From: Klebsormidium nitens
Lineage: Eukaryota > Plantae > Klebsormidiophyceae
Direction: 5' to 3'
Length of the DNA stretch: 64,000 nt
Assembly: GCA_000708835.1 (NCBI GenBank)
Contig: DF237423.1
Span: forward strand, 8,671 to 72,670
Below, in pieces: positions 13,396 through 25,380 of this stretch. Every line of letters starts with the position of its first letter. Positions within the stretch are counted from its first letter, which is position 1. The position numbers and the translations under genes are program-made. The notes below the pieces were generated by a model. The model was not told where the DNA came from. It saw only the letters and a list, made by a program, of their open reading frames with translations, and searched no databases.

Positions 13396-15490
13396 GGTTC
13401 CTGACTCCGGGCCAGAAGCCAATCAGGTCAGGTTGACCTTGGCACGGTTTGCTGGGGCCACAGCTAGCTCTGGATGGATCATGCCAGCTGGCATACCTGC
13501 CCCACCCACAATTGACCTCCACATCATTGCTCCCTCACCTCCGATTGGCTGGAAGCCCTGTGGCGCCAACAGTTGCTAAACCAGCTTGTCGAACAGGACT
13601 TTCAAAGATGCAAATTCAACCGAGCAAGGGTGTTGTGCCTGCGTCACCGACCCAAACGCTCTGTGATGCCCCCTAATTGCAGCTTTGTATACCAAGACTG
13701 AAATCTCGACTCTGCAAGTACCTAATTGATTGCAAGGACCATGCGCTAGTCTGAAGCTTTCCCGTTTACACCACTTTCCTTCTGCATTGCCCCGCGGAGT
13801 TTTGTCTTCTTAGTTTCGTCAGGAGTTCCTATCCGCTCTCTCCATTTCCTTCCCGGCCCTTGACTGGGGTCCTGATGGCTTCACTTGTGACCCTTCAACT
13901 TGTACATCTGTTCCCAAACCGTTAGGCAGGTAGAAAAACATGTAGTAAATGTCTTCAAAGTTGTTTCTAGCTTTCAGCTCCTTACATCAAGCTGGTGGTC
14001 TGGTGGAGATTTAGCAGAGTCCAGAATAAGGTAGAACCATATCCAGATGGACAATGCGGTAAGAATTTAACGAACCGAGGCTTGGCCAATGGGACTGAAA
14101 AGCACCGCATGCACAAGCGTCGCCTCTTCAGGACAGTTCTCCTTCGTACCACAGTACCCTTTATAATAACATTCAGACTATTACATTGGACTTGAACAAA
14201 TCGCTCGCTGCAATACCCCATCAGAAACTAACCGATTGCATTTGGGTGAGCCTGTTTCAGATCGTCATCACCCTGAAAAGGCGTTGCCGATAACAGCTTT
14301 CAACCGGAAAACCAAAAGCGGCGTTTGGAGTTGCAAGGTCCACTTTACCATCTGTGAGGTAGACTTGGCCGCGTCCAAACTCCCATGCGATGACCAGAAA
14401 ATCGTTGACTTGTTCAAGGGGAGTGGAAGTTACCCGCTACGTAAGGTTTCAATACCGTCGGCGCAGCACGAGTCAGCCCGGTTCCAGTTCCACCGGGTGA
14501 AAACGATGCCAAGCTAGTAGCTACTTCTCGACACAAGCTATATCTAACCCTCGGTACCTAGTAAGCTTCTCGTGCTCCGGGTGTCTGTGTACCATGTCGA
14601 AATGTACACTCGTACTGAAAGATTGCAACCGTGTACCTACCTCTGTTCACGTGAAAGCTCAATCACCGACTTCCTAAGCCGAATCTTGGTACTCTATCTC
14701 CGTCCGATTGATGAAGTGCACTGATCGGAGGGTCTGTGGTGTCTTTTTCAGGAGCAGATACATTGCAAGGTCACAAAGAGGGTCAAGAATTTTCGTACAG
14801 GAGAGCTACTAGCCGGGGCTACATTGGGCTAAATTTGAATGGATAAAGCGGGCCGTGTACTTCAAATTCCTGCTAGCTTGAGCTGGCTTGAGCATGTCAT
14901 TTTATCACAGACGCATCTAGACGCATCATGATTGACATAAGTAAGGTTTCCATGAGCTCTGGCAGGCTGCTGCCATGCCAGCCTTGCCAATTGTCGCAAC
15001 CATATGTCGACGTCCATACCAATGCTCGCAGCTGACTTATCCAATTTCGAAGAAGCAGGTTGCTGCAGCTTAGGACTGCGTGGTAGAATTGTTGCTGGCT
15101 GCTCGTTGCAAATTTCGAGCGTTAGCTCACGACTCTTTCCCCGATGAGGCACAGTAATCACGCCTTCAGTAGCGCAGGCTTTCTTCTCGAAAGCTGTAAC
15201 TCTTGGCCCAGTCCTTCTGCTGCAAATGATCGTTCATTCGACCCACCGTCCAGCAATCCTCAGCCATGATGCCCCAGTAAAAGGAGCGAAGCAAGAACCT
15301 ACGAAAGGAATGACATGGAGAAAAGTAACTACTCTTTTGCACATCCGTTTGGGTGCATCAACTGCAGGGCTTCGCTCAGATTGCAAGAGACCAATATTCG
15401 ATGTAATCTGAGCTGGTCAATAGCTGGCTGAGCAGGCTATGCCAATAGTATCCGGCGTGCATTCATGCATGAGTTGGGCGCAAGGATCAC

Positions 15491-18130
15491 ATGGAGGGCA
15501 TGCAATGGTTTACCTCATGCTGCGGGCTTTGTAGGCGGAAGGCTAGCTTGTTGGTTCTGGGACTTGACAATGGAGGTAAAGTGCCCTAGCGTCTCATTTG
15601 TCTTTCCTTATCTTTTGAAATAATGAGATCACCCAGCGAAAATTGCTCATCCCAGGTTCAAAGAAGTGGCATCGTCTGGTAATCATCGACAGGCAATCAA
15701 TGCTTTCTCATTTTTCTCGTGTGTTGTACTTGCTCAATCCTTGACAAACCCGGAAGCCTGAGAAGGATCCGAAAGCGGGTGCACTATGACACATGTTCAG
15801 TTCATGAACATACTTACTTTTGCGTTGCAGGAAAGTCGACCTTGGTAAAGCAACTGAAGGCTGATAAGGTAACCCTTTATATTCCCGCTTCTTGCATGTT
15901 TGTTGTGGCCTTATTGCGCCATGCCATTGAGAAGCAGCTCATCAAAGAAGCTGGTTTGCACGCCCCTAGGTGATCTCCATGCAATCACCAACCATACCAA
16001 AACCTTTTTCGAACCTGGATCCACTCACTTGTCCGCATTGAAATAGGAATGAATAACATTCGGACTTCACTTGCAACTCTTCGCATTCTGATGACAGTTT
16101 CACTTGCACCACTGTTGGTGACACGCTGAACAGTTGGTTGACTTGTTGCAACAGCGGCCCAGCCAGGTGGTCCCAACGGTTGGCTTTTCTGTCGAGAAGT
16201 TCGTTCTTGACGGGATGGCTCTGACGGTTGTGGACATGTCAGGGCAGGAGAAATATGTCAAGCTGTGGGAGTCTTTCTACAAAGATATTCAGGTGAGCCT
16301 GACACGTTGAGCCCGTTGTCAGAGAAGCCCGGGAACATTTGGTAAGAATGCAAGAACGATTACAAGAAGTTTCGTGTATCTTGTCGAAGTACCTGTGATT
16401 CCTTATTAGATCGCAAGGGAAGAGTAGCTGGTTGCTACAGGTTGCGAAGGAAGTGAAGAGAAAGTTGAAGGTCTCTGAGCTTCTGAAGGCACCACTCCTA
16501 TAACGTTAACCTGTCTGATGGCAGAGAATTCGTTGCCATCGATTCTTCGTTCTCCTGATCTACTCCTTCCTCAACGATCGTCGTTCTTTGCAAACAAAAC
16601 GTCGTCTCATTATAATCTTCTTCACTTTTTTGCAAAATTTTGCGACAGCATAAGTTAGTCGGGATGTCGCAGTCACTCAGCATGACGGTTGCACCGTTTT
16701 CACCTGTGCGCGCCTTTCAATATCTTTGGAGACTTTCCAAAGAGTTTGGCCTCCATCCTTAGCGGCAAGTACAAGGTGCGTAAGGAAAGTTATTTCTGCC
16801 ATCCGAACGCGTTCCAGGCTATAATGCCGCTCCAGACCTGAAGACCGCCTCAAGACAATTGTTGGGCAGGTTTGCAGAAAGAGAATTGGAGGCTGTTCAT
16901 AGTCCACCTTCAGAATCCTTTCTGTCCGTGCAGGCAGTCGTCTTTGTCGTCGACTCGGCTGATCGCGCCCGGCTGTCGGCTGCAAAAGCGCTTCTAGATT
17001 CGGTGCTCGAGCGGCCAGGTTCGCAATTTTAGCCCCTGGTTCACATGTCGATAAGTAGAGCTATCATTAGGGCGGCATTCTCTTCGTTTGTGAACCGTGA
17101 TTCTTCAGCCGTGACGGGAAAGATAATTCTGCGTTGGCTAACAAGATGAACGAATTGAGGAGATTGGCCTAGACGGGTTCGCTGCTTCTGCACGAGCCTG
17201 GCACGGACGCACGTAGACTTCCAACCAAGAAATATTTGCGAGACTCAAGATACTCGTCTTGCTGACCGCTCCACGTGAGCTCTGCAGCTAGTCAGGCACG
17301 GGCGGGTCTGCAAGACTACCCGCCAATCCATTAAGATTCCCTGTCAGAAAACCAGGATTTTGTCTCGCTGACCACTCCGCGAGCGCTTCGTGCAGAGCTC
17401 GAGCATTTGCCGCTTCTGGTGTTTGCCAACAAAGCAGACCTTGTGCACGCTCTGCCCGCAGTCCAGGTCAGAGCCGCGCACTGGCCGCGTACTTCCGCAT
17501 ACGTCTCCTTGAGCCCTGCAGAATGAATCCTGATGACCCCTTCTTCTCTGCTTTTAGAAGTGGACCTTAGGCGTGCATTCCCGGCTGGCAAAGCAAGCGC
17601 TTACAAGCTGTGCCTTCCGGGAACTTCAATCCGGTTCTAGATCTATCCGGCGAGTAGGTCTCACCTTCTAGTCGACGTCGTCCCGAAGTTGTTTGCAAGA
17701 CCTTAATCTGTCGAAGCCAATACGAACTATGAAGTCTCTCCAATTTTGCCCGCAGGTAGCCCAAGTATTGGCGGTCGATCGCCCCGGCAAGCGAAGAGCT
17801 TGGCACATCAGGTGAGGCCGGCTCAACGAATAGTTCAGACTTCGGATCAACTTCCAAAAGCATAACCTGCAAGAATCGGGAAGCGAGTGCCTCGTACCTC
17901 CGAGCGGCCTCGTTGCTTGCAAACGACATATTTGCTGCTATCCTGCTCAATCTTCATCATCATCCTGGAGTAGTACGTTTAAGCCTCGTCGAAATGCTCG
18001 CGACCTGCTCTCTGGCTCGGGTGTTTGATCGTCATAACCTCTTCTTGCTTGCAGTGCTAGCAGCGCCCTGACAGGACAGGGACTGGAGGAAGGGATCAAG
18101 TGGCTTCGAGACCGGCTTCGCAATCGATGA
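15491..18130 (+). CDS. ARL6: ADP-ribosylation factor-like GTPase ARL6/BBS3-like (182 aa)
   Basis: Exons 15491-15575, 15831-15868, 16155-16292, 16934-17018, 17396-17466, 17756-17811 and 18055-18130 are in phase (549 nt). Motifs GLDNGGKST, PTVGFSVEKF, DMSGQ (ARL6-type switch II), AVVFVVDSAD, FANKAD, WHI, ALTGQGLEEGIKWL. Confidence 0.88.
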
Positions 18131-19669
18131 CATGCATCTCTACGGAGATAGAGAGTCACGAGAGCTTTGGTACCAATGAAGTACGAATCACTGAAAGAGA
18201 TCTTAAACATACGGTCGGCGGTCCGGTCAGCACTGTCCTGTACAGGATTTGCGCCATACCTTAGTCTTGCGGACAAAAAGTCGATTCTCTATCTTGCACG
18301 GTCGCCGCCAGTGTTCTTCACGTTGAGAGTCTTTTGATTTAATGCGTGTGGAAACAGAAAAGCAGCCCATCTTGGATGGACGTTTCAAACCTCCCTCGCA
18401 TATGGTAAGCAAGGAGTGGCACATACTTCATTATACTAGCTGTACAAGGTTCACAAGGCTTTAACGTTCGGCTTGACCATAGCAGCAAGTTCAGGTCTTA
18501 AGCTCGACTTTGAATCCAACTTGATCTCTGGTAGATGCGGCATGTCGATAAGATAATTCTGTTCTGCGGAAACTGAATGCCAGTACACAACTTGATTTTC
18601 CTTTAGGACATGCAGTTGCGGCCACCCAGTGGCAAAGCGCAAAGAGCCACCCGTCAGAACGTACTGCCAATCCGTTTACAGATCTTCGAAGCTTCTTAAC
18701 TTTCAATGCACCCGGTGCACTGTACAAACAGATTTATGTGTAGCGCTAGGTCTCACATTTCTCACGAATGCAGAAATTGCGATATGAGGCTGCATTGTGG
18801 GCCGTGCATTCTCACAATCTGCCACCTTATTAAACGCAAAAAACGTGGATTATGATGGTGAAGAAGATGATTATGAAGCACGAAGGTGGCAGGAAGATGA
18901 AATTGTAACGGTTGTCAACCGGTGGTCGAGGCGCCGCTCTTATCTCCGGCAAAACCGTACGCTGACTGTGATGCGATTTGCCCGGGTTTCGAGTCCGCGG
19001 CACAATAAATGCCGATGACCTCATCCGGTCTCCTCCGAGCTTCCGAGGTGTTTCGGAAGGCTTCTCGACGGTGCTCGGAAAAGTGCAATGCTGATCGTAG
19101 CATTGCACATGCCGCAACGGCAGCTGCTCTCACCATTTGTCAACCAAGAAATGGCTTTTAGGCTCCATGCCGGAAGGAGGCGGGACTGCACAAGGAGGTC
19201 CAAGAGTCCGGGAGAAAGAGAGGAGTGGCCCAAAACTGGCAGGATTGCAGCCAGCTGCTCGGTTGCACTCATTCAGTCTTCAATGGGCAAAAGACAGCTG
19301 AGAAAGTCAGTGGTGGTATTCTTGGAAAGGGAAAAGAGACTTGCAACGCTGTGGGGTGGTGTGCAGTCCCGCGGCGTTGGCCGTGCAGCTATATTCTAGA
19401 TAGCCGGACTCTCTGATGCATCTTGGAAGCAATTAGTTTCACAGCTCCCATGCAGAGGTGGGAGACTACCTACGAAGAAATCGAGCAAGCTTTGTCGCCC
19501 CTGAGCTTTCTGTAGCTTTGCGGAAAGCTTGAGGTGCACTGTTTTGTTGCACAGGGCCGGCTGCGTCCAACCCTTTGCAAGACTCCGTGCTCAAGTCTCA
19601 GGACTCCCAGCTGGCATTGCGTGGCTATCAGTTTGTGAACTCACTTAAGTAAACCCCTGCTTTAAAAGA

Positions 19670-22600
19670 ATGGCAACACCCAAAGAGGCGGCGGGCTTTC
19701 AGGACGTTCCTTTGGCAACTTTTGATGGGAACAACGAGCACAGCAGAGCCCCATTCTCGTCGGAAGAATCGGGGGTCAATGAGAGTCCTCAGGGAGCAGA
19801 GGACGCAGGGTGCTGCGCATGGTTGTGTGGCCAGGGTGCGCGCCGGCAGGTGAGACAAGACTGCATCATGAGCTGCCCACAGAACTGGTGTCAAGTGCTG
19901 GCTTTCTTGGAGGCTCCCATTTGAGTGCCCTTGCAATGCCGCAAAAATGTTGTCTGACTCTGCAAGTTTCCTGGGTGCTGTGCAAAAGTGGGCTATGCTC
20001 AAAAATATAGGCAGCCTACTGATCGATCGATGCACTGCCACTCCGATGCATTGTGCATTACTACTATACAGATCAGAGACCTATCGTGTAGCTGAATATG
20101 TCTGTGACCACACTAGCCTGAGGAGTGCCTCTGAAAGAAGTGCACAGTGGTCGCAGCCTATTTGGGGAGGGTCACTGGCCCTGGTTTCGTGGGTATGCAT
20201 CTCAATTCAGGGGGCTTGCAGTCCTGCGTAGAGCGCCGTGCGGTGTGCAAGTGCCGTTCCTTAAGCGAAGGAGGGCAGCTGCTCTAGACTGTTGCCGTTT
20301 GACAAGGTTTTCCAGAACGAGGGGGAATCATAAGCTGAAGACGCTGTAACACTACTTCCCTGCGGTAGATGCGCTCAAGGGCCTTATGCTTGGAAAGGAC
20401 TGGATCATACTGTCCGAGTCGCTCTCAAGAACTTTCAGGCTCAGGGGATTCTTGCATCGTCTGGGCCGGAGAATGCTGCAAGATCTCGTACCCCTTCTCT
20501 CTGGGACAGGCAACTGCGAGCTTTTTGCTAAGGTTCTGGTTTTGACTGTGTTTCAGATAGTGCATGAAATCTTCTTTTATCTTCCTACTGCTGATTCAAT
20601 ATATGGCTTGCCTGCCTAGCCACAAGATCTGTTCTTAGAGCTCCTGCACTGCACTCTACTTTCTGTGTTACCAACCCTTCTAAGCACTTGCTTACACCTG
20701 CTTTCAGGCATACCTCCTCTGGATAGCAAACAGTCCATGAATGATCGTTCTCAACTCACCTTCCCCCAACATACCACGCACCCCGCACCTTTTGTTCGTC
20801 CACCGTTTCTGCTGGTGGCGATTCAAGCGGCTTGACAGAGTCACATTGTCAACTTCAGCTTTCCTTTGAAAATGTCAAGATTCACGTCAACGGTTGGCCC
20901 CAGGAGGGCCCTGCGGGGATGTCTTGGCCCCTTCATATCTAAGCCCCAAAAGTACCCAAGTACACCCAACTGCAATTCTGGCCCGCTCCCGCACCAAGGC
21001 CTGCGTAGGGACCTACTAACCCCCCGCCGCAACCCACATGTTTTTGACATATGCGATGTCTCTGCTAGTGCGCCTCTCTGAGGGACGAATCACAATCACT
21101 CCCCATGGCTCGCGAGTGAGGCCTCCCTTCTTGATCGCCCCCCAAGTATGCTTAAACACAAAACCCACTTTTGTTTCCAGGCCCGCCCTCGTACCAAGGC
21201 CTACTCAGAAGCCTACCGCCGCGCCGTCCAGCGCGCGCAGACCGCCGCGCAGAAAGCCAAAGCTTGGGAGGCGGCGCAAGAGGAGCGCATCGTCGGCAGC
21301 AAATGGTATTCCAAGGTCTTCGACTGCCTCACCTGCTACGACCCCCAGATCGAAGCGGAGCAGCAGGCGCGGCATCCGAACCCGCGCCGCTGGGCGCTCG
21401 GGCTGTGCGACTGCGTGCGCTATCGGGACGTGCAGGGCCGGGGGGTGAGCTTTCGGGCTTCTTTTTCCTGTCAAGATGTGTTATGTCATTCTTGGCTGTG
21501 AACCTATATCCACAATTGTGAAAGCTCTTTCAGGTTCTACCGCTCTTTCTCGTTCGACCTCTGGCAAGAGGGGCTGTGCACCTGTGTGCACTGACGCAAC
21601 ATACAGGGCCGGGGGATATGCCAACGCGCCTTCTCTTTGTTGTGACAACGTTTTCTTCTCTTCTTTGTTGTGGATCGGTTCCGCAATTGAGATTGTATCG
21701 ACTTCAGGATTTACTCTCATTTCCGTTCGACTCTGCAAAGAGGGGCTGCGCAATATGCAGAACCAGGGGGTACGATGGTACAGGACACATGCCCCCGTGT
21801 GTTTCAGATCTAGTCAATCTACGGCCTCATCTTTCTCAGTCTTTCTTTTCCATTTTCGGACTGCGATTCGTCCACCCTGAACCCATCACCAATGAGCAAA
21901 GCCTCAACCCAGAGAACGATTACCAGCTGGGAAAGATCTACTTGTTCTATGTCGAATGAAGTTAAACCACAGATCTAAACGTTTGCACTTTAGGATCCTA
22001 AGTCTGAGAACTCCAAGATGACAAGGACAAAACAAGATGCTGATAAGGCCATAGTATGAGCAGCCGAAAGTAGCACAGAAGCCCTGTCGCAGATCTTCCT
22101 TGTCCGGACCCGCACCTGTCCCCAATGGAATCATAGACTAGGAAACCCGACCCAGAATGGTGAACCTACTACTTTTGGCTTTGTCTTTGCGTTCTTTTTA
22201 TCTGACGATCTTAGCTCTCTTTCCTGCTTCGCAAAATGGTAACATCGCTCACCTACCTCCTCAAACACATCGCCTTCAAGGGCCTGACATCGGGTCTTTA
22301 ATTTGTCCTTTCTCCCCTCCTCCCAGCGCAGAACTAGAACCTGCTGTGATCGTTGCTGTGGCCCACTGAATGTTCTGGTTGTCTCCTTTAGCATCAGATT
22401 TCTAGCACCATTGGCCTCATATGGTTAGCATCACGTCTTTCGTGTTCCCGCCCTTGCAGAACTGAAACCTACGGTGGTCGCTGCTGTGGCCCCCAACTGG
22501 ACGTGCATTCATATTACTCAACATCATCCCCTTTCAGAGCAATGACTTCAGGGGGCTAACATCGGGTCTAATTGCTCCCCCCCACCCTTCAGAACTGGAT

Positions 22601-25170
22601 CCTGCTCAGGTCGTTGCTCTGGCCCAGAGTGGAAGATCATCCAATCTGCTCACAGACGGTTTTCTAGAAACAACATCTTTAGGGGGCTAGCACCGTAATC
22701 TCTTATTCCACCCCCGCTTGCAGAACTGGATGCTGCTTTGGTCTCTGCTGTGGCCCAACTGGGCGTTCGGCATGATCTGGACGGAGTACGTGGAGGAGCC
22801 GCAGGTGTGCGACAACGTCTGCTGGGACCTCTGCGTCACAATGGGCTGGCGGGGCATCCTCTGCTGCTGCCTCCTCTTCCCCCTCCAGGTGCGGTCGCAA
22901 TTCTCACCAGTTCTCTGCTTCTCTAAATCACTTTTCCTTTTCTTCTTTCTTTGTTAGTGTTCTTTGGTTCTATGCCTTTGCACAGGTTCCAGAATAAAAG
23001 AAGGGCTGGCGCGGCATCCTCTGCTGCTGCCTCCTCTTCCCCCTCTAGGTATCGTACCGCTCGCGAACGTGACCCCGTTTACTTTCTTCTGGTTTGATGC
23101 CCTTTGAACAGGCGCAAACTCTTTACGCTTTGTCAGCTCAATGTACTTCAGCAGCACTTTGAGTCAGCTTAATGCACGTCAACATTCAATAATATCGACG
23201 GTGGGAGTCGGCAATGTCTCCTCTGCTGCTGCCTCCTCTTCCCCCTCCAGGTGCGGCACCATTCTCAGCAATCTCCTGCTTTGCTTCAAATCTTCCTTTA
23301 CTTCAGAGTGGCTTCCTTGTCTGGCGCCAACACCGATCGTATTTCAATGAATGGCTAGAAGGCGTCTTGTCTTGGACCCGCCGTTTGGCGCTGATCTAAG
23401 TTCCTCTTCAAGAACCGCGACTGCTCCAGAACGGCCCAGTATTCGTTTCAAAGTCATCTCGTCGCGTGGACGAAAGGCACATGGCTTTCAACTCGTCAGA
23501 CGGAGCCGGATATTATTCTTTGCTTACGTTTGCACGGGTTATCCAACTGATCTTTTTCTGCTGCACGTGCAGTGGGGCACCGCGTGCAGCATCTTTCTGC
23601 CGTGCTTCGCGGCGACCTCGTACGGCTTCCGCAAGGCGACCGTCAACAAGTACGGCATCAAGGAGGACGCCGGCAAGACGGCGCTCTACGGCGCGTGCTG
23701 CCCCTTCTGCTCCATGAGCCAGGTGAGGAGTCGGTCGGCGGACTTTCCTGGTTAGAAATGAGGTTTCACGCTCAACGAGAATCGTTTGCGCCTTTGGGGT
23801 ATTGGGCGTAACTCTGGCCGGGGTCCCCGACGAAACAGTGCTGCCCCAACGACCAATTAAGTGCAGCGGAGCGAGAATTAAGCCCAAACGTTTGGTTTTC
23901 GAAGTTCAAAAGCAGGGACCGGTTGTTACGCTGACATCATGGAGACAGAGCTCAGGTTAACGGCTTTCCTCAACCACCTGTTTGAGACAGATTAGAAGAT
24001 CCATCTGTTCGCGACCCAGCGAAAGAACGGAACTAGTCTTTGTCTGAGTCGAGAAAAAGGAAGCGAAGGACCGGGGCAAAGTAAGGCAGATCAAGACTTG
24101 CATTCGTTTTCAGCAGTCCAATTGACTCGGGCCGTCTCGAACGGGATGCTCATGGCAAGACGGAAGGCTAGCATCCTTGAATGGGCAGGTTCTTCAGAAT
24201 AGCATGGATTCGCCGGGCAGTTCGGACGCTCGGATGAAAGGTTCCAATTTGAAAGCCTGGCTGTTGACCGAGGTATGCCCTCGCGTTGCTCAAAAGTGAT
24301 ATTTCAGCCTGGAGATCCGGATCATTACAGCAAGATCTGCATTCTTCTTTTTATTTTTGCCTCCAGTGAGTACTGCCTATAACTTTCCGACAAGCCTGCT
24401 CTTCGCGGTCTTGCTTTTCACCTGGGCAAGTTTCCGCCCATATCGACGTAGAGTCTTACAAATTTCCGCTCACTTTTGAACTTCCATTTTCCTGTCTTCC
24501 CGCTCAGATCTATGCCCACGTCACCGAGATCCACGACCGCGAGGACCTCGCGCGCCTCCAGTGGGAGGCGCTCGCCCAAACCCTCCAAACCCTGACGGAC
24601 GCGCCCGCGACGCTCGAGATGGAGCGCCCCGCGGGGCTGCGGCAAGCTGACGTCGAGATGACGGAAGCGGGCGGCCTCGCGGCCGCGGACGCGCCGCGCA
24701 AGGCGAAGCTGGGCGAACGGGTGCGCAAGCAGGCGGGGCGGGAGCTAAGCAGGTAAGGGGGTCTGAGTTCCTGAGGGTATCGGGGCATTGGGCGCAGAGT
24801 TTCTTTGAAACGGATTTGGAAGTAACGTTGGAGCGAAGAGTCCCGTTCTGGGACAGGCACTTGTTTATGTTGCAACCTTTCATCCCGTAACCCATGCCTC
24901 GAGTTCCAAACACAATCTCGGCTGCTTCAAAGCTACACGCTATGAGAAACCGCTCTTCTTCCGCTTGCCTTCCGGCCGGACAACCGCCTCTGCTGCAGCC
25001 CGGCCGCTGACGCCATGTTACTGACGTCGTTCGTTCCCCCGCGACGTCGCAGGGTGTTCCACAAGCGGGAGTCGGGCATCGGCGACGGCGACGAGGTGCC
25101 GGACGAGTTCCTGGACGCCGGCAACGCGCTGCGCTACCAGCACGTGCCCTGGTCGAAGATCGGGTGCTAA
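19670..25170 (+). CDS. PLAC8 (Cys-rich, DUF614/FWL-type) family protein (~373 aa)
   Basis: Exons 19670-19849, 21181-21444, 22724-22888, 23573-23722, 24508-24752 and 25053-25170 are in phase. Motifs WALGLCDC, LLWPNWAFG, RKATVNKYGIKED, ACCPFCSMSQ. Confidence 0.82.
22320..23290 (+). repeat. Decayed tandem copies of both ends of PLAC8 exon 3 in the flanking introns
   Basis: Acceptor copies cag|aact... at 22329, 22457 and 22590 precede the real one at 22721 (spacing 128-133). Donor-side copies ctctgctgctgcctcctcttcccc...ag|gt end at ~23049 and ~23252. Confidence 0.85.
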
Positions 25171-25380
25171 ATGATTCCAGGTGTCGAATACGGAGCAGCG
25201 ACACGTGTCGAAACCTGGAGGGAATGACGGGTTATCTGTGCTTAACACGCTGCGCTACCAGTACGTGCCCTGGTTGAAGATCGGGTGCTAATCCAATTTA
25301 GGTGTCGATCGAGAAAACGAAGGAGCGACACGTGTCAAAAACTGGAGGGAATGAAAACTTATCTGTGACCAGTACGTCGT
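25126..25380 (+). repeat. ~120-bp tandem duplication of the PLAC8 stop codon region plus 3' UTR
   Basis: cgctgcgctaccag(c/t)acgtgccctggt(c/t)gaagatcgggtgctaa...gcgacacgtgtc...ctggagggaatga...ttatctgtg occurs twice, with the start of a third copy (accagtacgt) at ~25369. Confidence 0.9.

Noticed and set aside
16498-18642. Several protein-like minus-strand ORFs antisense to ARL6 (e.g. 17567-17950)
   Set aside because: No motif and no consistent splice model. They overlap well-supported ARL6 exons, and their lengths are within chance expectation.
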